NCBI GenBank assembly: GCA_964019335.1
Contig: OZ025746.1
Coordinates: 297,811 to 361,810 of the forward strand
Reading direction: 5' to 3'
DNA from: Diplonema japonicum
Lineage: Eukaryota > Protista > Euglenozoa: Diplonemea
DNA length: 64,000 bases
Shown here: in pieces, positions 1-10,700 of the stretch
Layout of the letters: each line of letters begins with the position of its first letter
Numbering within the stretch: position 1 is the first letter of the stretch
The notes under the pieces: generated by a model
Seen by the model: the letters and a program-made list of their open reading frames with translations, nothing else
Told to the model about the DNA's origin: nothing
The model's database searches: none
Translations under genes and position numbers: made by a program

Positions 1-451
1 TGCAAGCGTTTGGGTCACACGACGACGCACTGGCATCATAGGTGCCTGCTGCAGAACAGGTGACAACGAAGGCGATAGGATGGTGGTACAACCCGCAGTC
101 GTAGGTGGTGCACGACATGCCAGTCGTGAGTGTGTTGCAGGACACAAAAGCAGCTGCGGTGTACCCGGAAGGGATCCCTCCAGAAGGGCCGTTATTGCAT
201 TGGTTTGCTGTGCACACTCCCCCAGACCACGCACCCGCGTTGCAGACGGCGGCGCTGCAGGTGTAGCCTGTGAGCGATACTCCACACGTTCCTGGGCTGG
301 TCACAGTGCCCCCGCTGGTGCAATTCACACCTGTAACCCCCGCGCTCGCCGGCACTACGTTTAAACTGTTGAAGGCACAGTCCTGCCCTGCAACCACCCC
401 TGCATAACATAACACTGCTAACAACACACTGGGTTTCGTAAACAATTTCAT
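1..451 (-). CDS. Cys-rich secreted/surface protein, N-terminal part (runs off the window start)
   Basis: Not in the ORF track. Read manually from ATG at 451: MKLFTKPSVLLAVLCYAGVVAGQDCAFNSL...TCSAAVCNAGAWSGGVCTANQC...CDPNAC, open to position 1. Signal-peptide-like N-terminus and regularly spaced Cys. Confidence 0.75.
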   Translation of the reverse strand, partial: MKLFTKPSVLLAVLCYAGVVAGQDCAFNSLNVVPASAGVTGVNCTSGGTVTSPGTCGVSLTGYTCSAAVCNAGAWSGGVCTANQCNNGPSGGIPSGYTAAAFVSCNTLTTGMSCTTYDCGLYHHPIAFVVTCSAAGTYDASASSCDPNAC

Positions 452-481
452 TCTTTTTTTTCACTTTTCTTTTTCTCGTTT

Positions 482-515
<34 letters not shown>

Positions 516-936
516 TTAAGTTCTTTATGACACCATCGTGTAGGTCCTGTTTTATTATTATTATTATTTTTTTGCATTAATGTTTGAGAAAGCAAAGCGT
601 AACGCAAAAAAAGAAAGAAAAAAAGAAAAAGCGGGGAGCGGAGGGGGGAATGGTTTGCACATGAAGGAAATCATAAACAATAATAATAAAAATAACGACC
701 CCCCCCCTTTTTTCTTCTCCCTCACAAGAAGGAAGAAGAAAACCCGCCACTATCTTTTAATATGGAAAAAAAAAAACGACTTTTTTTTTTGAGACGATCA
801 CCGATCTAAGCAAACAGAGGGGAGGGGAACACGGAAAAAAAAAGGAAGAAAAGCGGTGGATAACGCAGAAAGGGGGGTCAAAAAAAAAAGAAATCTATAA
901 TAATAAAAAAAAAACTCTAAATTTTTCTTTTTTTTT

Positions 937-2545
937 CTAAACAGGTATTTTCGTAGGGAACAGTAATGAAACCTTTTTTTTTTTTTTTTTTTTTTTTTTT
1001 CCCCAACCATACCGTCTGTGTGCTAATCAGAGAAACAGCAGGGTAACAAGCCTTTGTCACATGTCGATATGCGGGGCCCATTGAAATCCCGTTTTTGAAA
1101 AACTCAAGCGTTTGTGTGTTGTAGTCAAGCTTGCAACCGACCACGTCGCCCGGGGAGCAAGGATGCCCGTACGGCGCCAGAAAATCGTTTCGATACGTCT
1201 TTGTCCCCTTCCCGGTGTTGAAACCCATGGAATTATCGTCCTCCCCGAGGATGTCGCACATGGCAAACGCCCCATCAAAGACAATACCCACCATCACATT
1301 GTGACCGTTTTTGGTGTCGTACCTATCAAGCTTCACTTCCCAATAATGGACGCCGTGAGTCAGCAATGTGCAGGTCATGATGGTCTCCCAGTTCTTCGAC
1401 GACGATGTGACGGTGAGTCCACGAGATGAGACTTGCGAGTCTCCATATGTTGACTTTTCCCACTTAAACCCTTTTTGTTGAAACAGTGAAGCAGGTTCTA
1501 TAACAGAATCCTGCATTCTGTCCTCCACAACTCGGAATTCAAGGTCTAGAGAGTCCACCCCGTCTATCATGTCCTTGTATCTGCTGATGGAAAACTGTGG
1601 TAAACTGACCTGGGAGATACCGACCGGTTTTTGCTGCATCAGTTCCCGTTCCATTTCAACCCTGGAGGTCATGATGTCAACGTAGTTCGAGTGCGCCATC
1701 GCTCGTTCCACTTTTGCGACGGATTCGTTCAGCTTTGCGACCAGAGCGACGGTGGCTTCCCGGTTGTCCCGAAGCCCGTCGATTTGTTCAATCGAACCAA
1801 CACGGGCTTTCTGCATCAAAAGCGCTTTTTTCGCGTCAAGTCGTTCTTTAATGGAGTCGATGGTGCGTTCAAACACAAGTAGTTCTTCCGTCGTGCTTCG
1901 TTCGATGTTTAGAATAGAGTCGTCGACCGTTTTGCAAACCGCTCGTAAGTCTGATCGAAGTCGTGAAGTGGCGTCTAATACGTCGCGTAGCTTCGACCGT
2001 TCGATCTCGCCCGCCTCCTTCACCGGTAGGATTTTATGTGTTCTGTGCGTAAAGTCGGTTTGGGAACACAGCACGCATAGCAGTTCGTTGCAGTCTACAC
2101 AGTACAGATCTGTACGGTAGTCGGAGTGCCCTGGTTTTGAACATTTTGGAGGTCGTTTTGTAGCGGTTACCGCTGATGTGGAATATGTAAGTTTGTGTTG
2201 TTTTAGTCTTCCCACGTGTATTATATCTGAGCAGCTGCTGCACAAGGGTAGCCCGCATTCTGAACAGTGTAGGGTGGCTTCTACTTTTTCGCATCTAGAG
2301 CACCCTACCTTGTGTACGGCGTCGCCTTTCATGACGTCGATGAGGTCCATCAGGTTTTGGTTGATGACGAGTTCCGACTCGCTTCCATACCTGCTTTGCT
2401 GCCTGCACACGGTGCACGTTACCTTTATCGATCGGCCGCCTCCGCTCTGTGCGTTGTTTCGCAGGATGCAGCCTTTGCACACGTTGTGCCCGCATTGTAA
2501 CGTAACCGGAAACCGGTACAACTCCAAGCACACCGGGCACGTCAT
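937..2545 (-). CDS. TRIM-like E3 ubiquitin ligase (RING, two B-boxes, coiled coil, SPRY); 2 exons, 2545-1013 and 972-937
   Basis: CPVC...CGHNVCKGC...CTVC RING; CSRC..CSEC..CSSC and CVDC..CVLC B-boxes; SPRY motifs (HYWEVK, GDVVGCKLD, YPAVSL). Removing a 40-nt GT-AG intron (1012-973) replaces the poly-K tail with VSLLFPTKIPV*. Confidence 0.88.
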
Positions 2546-2895
2546 TGTCTTTTTTTTTTTGACGGGACGTGTGTCCCGCCCGACTTTTCTCCTTCTCCCC
2601 TCCTCTCTTTCTCCTCCTTTGGTGATGGTTTATGTGAAGACCGGGGTATTATGAGACGGGGGTAAAAAAAAGGGGGGACAAAGGAACGGGAGGGGGATTT
2701 CTTCGTTCTTTTTGCTTTTCTTTTATCTATAATACAAAATTTGCAAAGCGAAAAAAAAAATAAGGGATGGGGGGCTTTTTTTAACACGGGGGGGGGGGGG
2801 GGGAATGGAGGAAACAAAAGCGGGAATAACAACAGGGAAGAAAACTGTACACAATTTCTTTTTTTAAAAAAAAAAAACTTTTTTTTTTATTGTAT

Positions 2896-5800
2896 CTAAA
2901 ATGAAAGCGTAGAAGCGTCCGAGGGCCAGTCATCGTTTTGGGGAGGACGTACTGCACCGGGGCGGCTTGGAGAAACGTTTCGAGAAGTGGGTTGGGATTG
3001 ATAGTTGGACAACGGGAGCTCGTCAGCATAGCCCAGATGATCAAGGTTGTAGTTCACATCGGACTCTGTCTCTGTAGAAAACGCAGGGTCGGGGAAGTTG
3101 TCATAAGGAAGCGCCTGAGCAGGTGGGACATCACCCACACCACCACCACCACCACCACCACCAGGAGGCATGTAATTCAACATGGCCTCGGTGTCAGATG
3201 AGTCATAACCAGATTCGACATCATCCTCCGCTTCTGCGGCTGCCTCGTTTCCGATAATATCTCTCGCTGCCTTTTCCTCCAGTTTTTGAATCTCATCCTC
3301 GATCCCCTTCAAGTGATCCGACAGCTGTAGTTCCCCTTTGTTGAAATTCTCTGCAAAGTAAGCTTTCAACCTGTCCAGGACGAACAGCACATTGCCCCCG
3401 TGTATTGTTTCCTTGTACTTACCGTCGGACAACTTCAACACCTCTTTCTGCAGCATTAATTCCCGTTCCGACATCAGCCCCAATGGTATGGGGTTCCGAG
3501 GAGGCGAGGTAATGTGCGGGTTGCGTCGCAACATTTCCTGCGTTTCACCGTCGTTCTTGTCTTCCATGAGCCTGATGATGTTGAGATAGAACAGTATGTT
3601 CGAAGTCCCGTGCACTGCGATAAGGTCCCTGAGTTCTCTAAGCAGCGTTTCTGTTTTTGGGAGGATGTAGTGGTACATGTCGTAGAAAAACCATCGCTTC
3701 CCCTTCTGGCTTTGCGGTGTCATAAGAAGCCCTTTCTTCGCCTTCGTTTTGTGCTTCACCAGGTTCTTGAGCTCCTGGTCGATGCGCTGCTCGGACAGTT
3801 TGTGGAACGGGATGAAGAAGGAGAACAGTTCGCCTTCCCCCACGTCCTTCACATCCCACGACTGCAGCGTCGTTGATTTCATTGTCTGCTGAACGTACGG
3901 CTGGCTTGCTCCGTTGTTGAACCTTCTCAACGTTGGCTTATTGCTTTTGTTGTAGTTCGCACCAAAGGTGATCGGAAGGTGCATGAGGATGGCCATGTCG
4001 GCGTAGTCATTGTCAATCATGACCTCTTTGGGTTTTCCAGCACGGGGTGTCCTTGGCGTCTTTGGTGTGGAGGCCACCGACACTCCAGGCAGGAATTCCG
4101 TCCGCTTCCCGACCATCGGTGCTGAGAACAGAGCCTTCTTCCCGCTGTTCCCTCCACCGTTCCATGGGGGCCGCTTCTCTGACACCCTTGTCGATGTGGG
4201 CGACTTCGACCTCCCGAACAGCTTGCGCAGCTTCTTGTCGTTGTCCCTTCCTCTTTTAGACGGCGTCAGCGGGGTTTGCTGTGTTTCTTGTCTGAACGAT
4301 GGGTAGTTCTGAAGCTCCGAGAATCCGGGTTCCGAGTACATCCCATCCCCCACCACCAGCGCCCCAGACTGCTGTGTTTGCTGCACGGGGAACGGCGACA
4401 CTGCTCCAGGTCTGTCTTGCACTTGCGGCTGACCTGCCATTAAAAATGGCGGCGGTACCCCCTGCACGGCCCCCCCCACGCCTGTCGAGGCCAATGTCGC
4501 GTGTATGACATGTGACAGGATGGTGTGCGTCAGCCGTGCCTTCCTGTCCATGTCCGACAGCTGCCCAGGCAGCGCGGTCATCGCCTCTTCGATGAAGGAG
4601 TGTGCCATGGGGTGCCCCGCAGCACCTACCTCCTGGTCGTGCATCATCTGCGATACAACCTGTGCCAGGCCGACCCTGTCGGTCCAGTTGACACCGTTGT
4701 TGATGTGTATGTTGTTCAGGTAGTTGTCCTTGCAGTCCACGATGTAGACCCCGTTGAGGACAGGCGGCGACAGCTCGTCCACCGCGGAGAGGAGGTGCTG
4801 CCTGAGCTGGCCGATCCAAATGGGATAGGCGCCGACCGTCTGATTTGTGTACTCACGTGACTTGGGGTTCTTAGAAAGGATGAGTGCAAAGGTCAACGCA
4901 AGTTCGCTGCGCAGCTCAGGGGACGCCTTGTCGGTGCCGCTGCCGTCGGCGTTGATGAGGAGCGAGAGGCTGGGGAAGAAGTGGGTGTATGCTTCGTGCA
5001 GTTCCTCACAGAGCCCCGACGAGGTCGCTGCTTGCACAAGCTTGCGGAGAGCTCTCACCTTCAAGCACTTGATATCGTCGGTTGCCTGATCCCTTTGGAG
5101 CAGCATCTTGGGACCGCCTTGAGTGAGGAGCTGCACTGTGTAGTTGTGCTTCTGCCCGCAGGTGGAGGCCTCGAGGAGCAGCATGGCCTCCAACACCTTA
5201 ACGACGGCAGTGAGGACGTCGTGGTTGGTGTTCCCAGAGAGGAAGGTCTGCAGGACAGACGCGAGCTCGGGGAGGAGCTGTCTGTCCTCATGTACGGTCT
5301 GAAGGTAAATCTGAGGGCAGGCGTAGAACAAGATGGACATGGTCTCGAAGAGGAGGATCACAACGTACTTCGAGTGCTCCGCTTTGATCTGCATGACAGA
5401 GCGCTCCACGATCGGCAGCGTGAGGAACTGCTCGGGGACCTTCTCTGCCAAGACCCGCATGATGGCACAGACGTAATTCCTGACCATCACAGCGGGATCG
5501 TTGAAAAGGCAATTGAACATACTCACAGTCGCCCCTTCTTGGATCAAGACAGGGATCAACGGCTCCGCACGCATTACAAGCACGAACAAGCACTCCGCGA
5601 GGGATACTCGAACGGCTTCGCTCCCTTCAGGTGGCAACCCTTCCCCGGGTGCGAGGTGCTGCAACGCAGTCTTCAAGAACGAGCTGTGTGCCAAGGCAGC
5701 TACACACTTGTCGCCCAGAACCTGCACGGCGCCTTCTTCTGTGCACATTGACACGATTTTAGTAACCGTCTGCACACACAGCACCTTGCATTCCGTATAC

Positions 5801-6147
5801 GCTGGGCTGCCCATTTGGTAGGAAGGCGTGGGGATCTCAAGCAGGGAAACAAGGAGGGATAAGATGCTGGGCTGCAGGTCGAAGACAAGCACTCCCAATC
5901 TTTGCGGTGAACTGTCTGCTGACAGCAGCGACACGATCAGCTCAAAGAACTCACACGCCTCCTCCACCGTCGTCGTGTTGGGCACTGCATGCAGCGGGTT
6001 CGGGCTCGAATGGTAGCGGTACGAAGCTTCAAGACACTGCGCGATGGTCTTCAAGCAGGTGATCTCCTCCTCCAGCCTGCTTTGGTGTTGGAGTTGGGGC
6101 TGCGACTGGGGCCGGTACCCTGCATCTACGGGGCTGCGAAGAGCCAT
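2896..6147 (-). CDS. Large hypothetical protein with an alpha-helical (ARM/HEAT-like) N-terminal half and a low-complexity/acidic C-terminus
   Basis: Uninterrupted ORF of about 1,083 aa; first ATG (MALRSPVD) at 6147. Leu-rich helical repeats such as VMVRNYVCAIMRVLA. The fold assignment is inference. Confidence 0.75.
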   Translation of the reverse strand: MALRSPVDAGYRPQSQPQLQHQSRLEEEITCLKTIAQCLEASYRYHSSPNPLHAVPNTTTVEEACEFFELIVSLLSADSSPQRLGVLVFDLQPSILSLLVSLLEIPTPSYQMGSPAYTECKVLCVQTVTKIVSMCTEEGAVQVLGDKCVAALAHSSFLKTALQHLAPGEGLPPEGSEAVRVSLAECLFVLVMRAEPLIPVLIQEGATVSMFNCLFNDPAVMVRNYVCAIMRVLAEKVPEQFLTLPIVERSVMQIKAEHSKYVVILLFETMSILFYACPQIYLQTVHEDRQLLPELASVLQTFLSGNTNHDVLTAVVKVLEAMLLLEASTCGQKHNYTVQLLTQGGPKMLLQRDQATDDIKCLKVRALRKLVQAATSSGLCEELHEAYTHFFPSLSLLINADGSGTDKASPELRSELALTFALILSKNPKSREYTNQTVGAYPIWIGQLRQHLLSAVDELSPPVLNGVYIVDCKDNYLNNIHINNGVNWTDRVGLAQVVSQMMHDQEVGAAGHPMAHSFIEEAMTALPGQLSDMDRKARLTHTILSHVIHATLASTGVGGAVQGVPPPFLMAGQPQVQDRPGAVSPFPVQQTQQSGALVVGDGMYSEPGFSELQNYPSFRQETQQTPLTPSKRGRDNDKKLRKLFGRSKSPTSTRVSEKRPPWNGGGNSGKKALFSAPMVGKRTEFLPGVSVASTPKTPRTPRAGKPKEVMIDNDYADMAILMHLPITFGANYNKSNKPTLRRFNNGASQPYVQQTMKSTTLQSWDVKDVGEGELFSFFIPFHKLSEQRIDQELKNLVKHKTKAKKGLLMTPQSQKGKRWFFYDMYHYILPKTETLLRELRDLIAVHGTSNILFYLNIIRLMEDKNDGETQEMLRRNPHITSPPRNPIPLGLMSERELMLQKEVLKLSDGKYKETIHGGNVLFVLDRLKAYFAENFNKGELQLSDHLKGIEDEIQKLEEKAARDIIGNEAAAEAEDDVESGYDSSDTEAMLNYMPPGGGGGGGGVGDVPPAQALPYDNFPDPAFSTETESDVNYNLDHLGYADELPLSNYQSQPTSRNVSPSRPGAVRPPQNDDWPSDASTLSF

Positions 6148-6293
6148 ATGCCCGCCCCCCTTACTGTGGTTCAGAATATAAGAAAAAAGCAAGCACAACC
6201 GACCTCATGCTGCAACGAATAAGCACACACTATATCTTTTTTCTTTTCTTTTTTATTTTATTTTATTTTCATTCTCATTTTTCTTGTTTTCCT

Positions 6294-7568
6294 TCAAAAC
6301 ACGAAATCCTTCGTCGCGGGGTTGAAGCCCATTCCGAATATCAAGGCAAGAACAGTGCAGGTCAGCGTTATGATGTTGAAAGGCATCGAAAAGTCAGGCG
6401 TGGGAAGGGTGACCCCTGCAGGCTTGGTGTTGTAGATAGGTGTAGGAGTGGCGTCGGTTGTAACGAAAGAAGGGGGAAGGTAGTAGTTCCTGTTTGCATC
6501 GGGTGGGTACGAGGCAAGGGGGAGCAGCCTCTTGTCGTAACGAAGGCGTACGTGAATAGGCACCCCTGGGGATGCTTTGAACGTTGCTTTGATCAACATG
6601 ACGTCACTGGTGACCTGCGATACGACACCGGGTGCCTTGACCCACTCCTTCCCAACAAGCATCCTGAACGTAGACACGTAAGGCTGCAAGAAGAGAACGG
6701 GCAGCAACAACGTCAGGTTCACTACCTTCACCCCGTCCCCTGGAATAATCTCCGCACTCAAAGACCCCTCTGCGTCACCCTTGTCGATGCTGAACACTTC
6801 CAGCAACGTCTGCCTCGCCACCGTTCTCTCAGTTCTAACCACCTCAGGCACTGAAGTACACAACGGGCAGTCTATCCCACCGCTCGCCAGTTCCTTAAAC
6901 TTCTCCTTCGGGTACACTCCCTCCGCCACTATGCTCATTGATGCCTTCCGTGTGTATGTCAAATGCAGAGCATGAAACCTTGTTTTGAAAAATTCCTGCG
7001 GGACAAGAAGCGACGACGAGATGCCCGACCTGCCGTTGGTGGGAAGGAGCGCAAGCAGGGGGGTCAGGTTTTCTGTGCAAAGCATTTCCTCAAAAGGCAG
7101 GGTACCCCAGAAGTCCCACTCCGATGTGATGTTAGGGAGCAGGAAAGGCTTTGTGTAGTCTGTCTCGGTGTTCGGGGAGAGGAAGTTGGTCGATGCACAG
7201 GTAGCCGCGGACAAGGAGTTAACGAGTACCTTCCACGCGGGGAAGATGTCCGTGCCGTTTGCGAAGGAAGCCTGAAGCGTGCATGCTGGTGGGACCTGTA
7301 TGTCCCTGTGCCCCCACCGCCACACGCCCCTCACCATCGAGAGGTGTAGCTTCTCCACACCAACGTGGTCCGCCATCTGCACCCACCATTTGCTCCACAA
7401 CCCGTACCTCCCTTCCTCTGGCCACCCCACCACACTCATGTTGAAAACGGCATGTGTGCTGTGCTCGTCAACATCCCGCAAGTGCACCGACTCTTCGTAC
7501 CCTTCTTGACACCACACCTGCACTGCAGACAGCAGCACAAGACACGTTGCTGCTGCCAAAGACCTCAT
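6294..7568 (-). CDS. PIGT: GPI transamidase subunit PIG-T / GPI16
   Basis: Signal peptide (MRSLAAATCLVLLSAVQVWC), CTENLTPLLALLP, YPPDANR, and LPTPDFSMPFNIITLTCTVLAL followed by a TM helix. These are hallmark PIG-T/Gpi16 motifs. Confidence 0.93.
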   Translation of the reverse strand: MRSLAAATCLVLLSAVQVWCQEGYEESVHLRDVDEHSTHAVFNMSVVGWPEEGRYGLWSKWWVQMADHVGVEKLHLSMVRGVWRWGHRDIQVPPACTLQASFANGTDIFPAWKVLVNSLSAATCASTNFLSPNTETDYTKPFLLPNITSEWDFWGTLPFEEMLCTENLTPLLALLPTNGRSGISSSLLVPQEFFKTRFHALHLTYTRKASMSIVAEGVYPKEKFKELASGGIDCPLCTSVPEVVRTERTVARQTLLEVFSIDKGDAEGSLSAEIIPGDGVKVVNLTLLLPVLFLQPYVSTFRMLVGKEWVKAPGVVSQVTSDVMLIKATFKASPGVPIHVRLRYDKRLLPLASYPPDANRNYYLPPSFVTTDATPTPIYNTKPAGVTLPTPDFSMPFNIITLTCTVLALIFGMGFNPATKDFVF

Positions 7569-7718
7569 CTGCCGGTCCTGGTAAAAAAAGATTTCTTTAA
7601 AAAAATGAGGGAGGGGAACAAAAAGAAAGGTAACGAGGGAGCCACACACTACCACGGGAAGACGGTATACATGGGGGGGGGGGGGGGGTAATAATAAGTT
7701 GTGTGTTTTTTTTTGTGT

Positions 7719-10700
7719 TCAGAGCTCCTCTTTCGCAGCGCCGAAGTCCTTTTCAAGCTTCAAGAAAAGGTCCTTCTCCCTGCCCTTCCAGGCCTTGAGC
7801 ATCGCGGGGAGCTTCTTGGCCTTCTTGGGTGCGTGTGTGTCGATAAGCTCCTTGACCTTGCCCGCCCAGTCGATCCCTGCATCGATGGCAGCCAAGCGCT
7901 TCTTTTCCATCAGCTCCCAGATCTCCATGGGAACAATCTGTTCCTCGGTGGGGTCAAAGAGGGTACCCGAGGCCTGTATGGACACTTCGGCTACGCTGTT
8001 CTCACTGTCGCCTGTGGAGTTTTTTTTTAAAAAAAAAAAGAAAAAAATTTATTCCCTTTGAAAAACATGGTTAACAGGGTTCGATCCCAGAAGCCAGCAT
8101 CTTCCTGACCAGTAGTTCAGCCGAAAATATTTGGTACGAAGGCATAGTAGTCTAGTTGGGGGGGGCTTTGCCCTGTACCTAGGCGAAGCGGGTTCAAACC
8201 CCACTCCAGCGGATTTTTTTTAGGCTCACCACAGGGGAGAAACGGCAGCCTAAACCGGTATTTCCGTGAAAGCTTTTCGTAAGCTTGTGGGAGTCTAGTT
8301 GAGAAAAGTGCAGTTTTGAGGGAAGGACAGCTCTTAACATTGTAAGGTTGTTAGTTGTTAGTCAGTAAGCATAACAGTCCTGTCCTCTGCACTTCGGCCG
8401 TAATCACCAAATACAAACGGGTGGAGATGACGAGAAGGTCAAAGAGGGTTCCGTAGGGGAGTTTATAGTTGAAGAGACAGATGCGCGTCTACGCCGTCCG
8501 CCACAGGGCAACGTACAGTCCAAATGGAATGGCATAGTCATTTGAAAGTGACGTTGCCTTTGGGGCAGAAGTTATTTCTGCTTGGAAGGTACTTATGTGG
8601 GAATTACACCGATCACCGGTCACGTTTGCGTTGGAAGATCCTTGACCCGCGTGCCCTGGTTTGATGACCAGCCTGAACGGAACGGAGACTATGAAACAAG
8701 CAGTGACGACGACCGGAGAATACTTCCTACTCCTGAGAGTACACGGGCAACTCGAAGGGAAAGACCAAGCAAGCCCTTCCAGCCAGCAGAGAGCCTCAGA
8801 CAACGAGGACTCCAGATGGACAGGATCGCGATAGCGGAGTACAGCCACAAGGAGCTCCACTACCGGGTCCACTACACAAAAGAGGGCAAGAAGTGAAATC
8901 TCAGAGCAGACGGGGTGGAAGTGCCATATGCAGGCAAAAACAAAGGATGGCACCCCAGCCTCATCTTGTACAAGAAGCGCAAGACCGAGGAAGCAGGGGA
9001 GGGCCACCCGAGGCACAACAGAGGACATGGACAACCTCCCCAACGCAGCAGCAACAACAGTAACAGCAGCAGTAGCAGCAGCAAAGACAGTAGCGACAAC
9101 AGAAAGTAAAGAAGAAGACATCAGTACCCCCCCCCCCCCCCCCTTCCTCCCCTTCCTGCTGTTCTACTTCGGGTGGATCAAGCGTCTGAAGAAACAACAG
9201 ATTTTTCTGGTGACCCCTACTCTTCAGTGTACTAGTTTCTTTTCATCATTATTCTGTGTTGGTCATCGATCACACCAACACCGGCTGAGGAAGACGCAGT
9301 ACTACCTGCTGGAAGTGGTGGCAAAGCGAGACCAGCTTCTCCAGGACAAGAGAATGCTAGAAACGTACACGACGCACCCCTGGAACAGATAACGGAAGGA
9401 AACGCTCATGCACACCACCTGAGTGGTAGGAGCTGAAGAAGCACGTGAGCGGGAGCCTGATGATGAAGCACGGAGAAGACATTATCAAGTAGCTCAGGAA
9501 GCTGAAGTAGTACGACGGACCGAGGAAGACGAGTCACCACAATGGAACTCGTACTAGACTTCGAGAACAGGGAAAGAGGTAGATAAGTAGAGATAAGTAG
9601 ACAAGGACGTTCCAGAACAGGAACCTCCTTTATCTCATCTCTTATTCTGTGTTTATTTCATCACAGTGTTGATGGGCTGAGAGTCGTGAGTGTGTATCGC
9701 GGAGGATATCTGGTGTGGAAAGAAGGGAACCTACTCCACCCACTATGCCGGATGCCTGAGTAAAGATGGGGGGGTCAGAGTTTTGAATTCCTGTGTGGTA
9801 GAGTGGTTACCGTGCTCACCTGTCAGGCCCCCTTGTTCCAGGAGTCGCGGGTTCGAATCCCGACGCAGTGGTTTTTTCATCAGGGTTCGAACCCCACTTG
9901 TGCCGTGTTTTTTCCACCGGAGCTGCTTCATTTTGTATAGTACAAAGTAAGGCAAATCACCAAAAAAATTTTTATTACAAAAAAAAATTCCATATGTCGA
10001 ACATTGGGCCCCGGACGCAAATAAATCCATTCCAGCCCTAGAAAAAGCAATTAGAATTTTTTTTAGCTCTTCAAAATGCGGGTTCTGGTGGGTCACTTAG
10101 CGAATATAGAGCGTAAATAAAGGGGCCCCCCGAATAATCCCTTTATTTGGGCAGTGGAGGGGGGGTGTTTGGGCTCCAAAAAAAAAGAATTATTTGGAAT
10201 ACACTTATTTGGGTTGTACTTATTTGGGCTGGGGGGCCTGCCACATGGAAAGCAGGGAGCGGGGCTTAGAGCACTTCGGAAATCTTAACATGCCAAATCG
10301 TGCCAAGACTTTTTTCATGCCCTTTTTTTTTCCAAGGGAAATTTTAACAGTTTTTCTCCCAGGCTGTGGAGAACCCACAAACGTTGCAGACAAACCGCCT
10401 GGTTTTGGCGTTAGGTGGTTGCTGGGAGGTTGCGGGGGTCTGAGAGGCTTGAGAAACTGTCAGGGCTTGAGAAGCTGCAAGGGCTTGGGAGGCTGCTGGA
10501 GTCTCGTCAGGTGCAGTGTCCATTGTAACACACGCAACTACGTTCTGTGCTGCACTGTCTAAACTTCGCTAAGTGCCCTTAGCTGTATGGCCTCCTCGGA
10601 ACTACCTGGTAGGTAGTCGCGAGATCGCATATAGCTAAAGGTGTCGAGCAGTTGCATGACCTTTCTCATGTGCTTGCCCTACCCACAGTGCCTCGGCACT

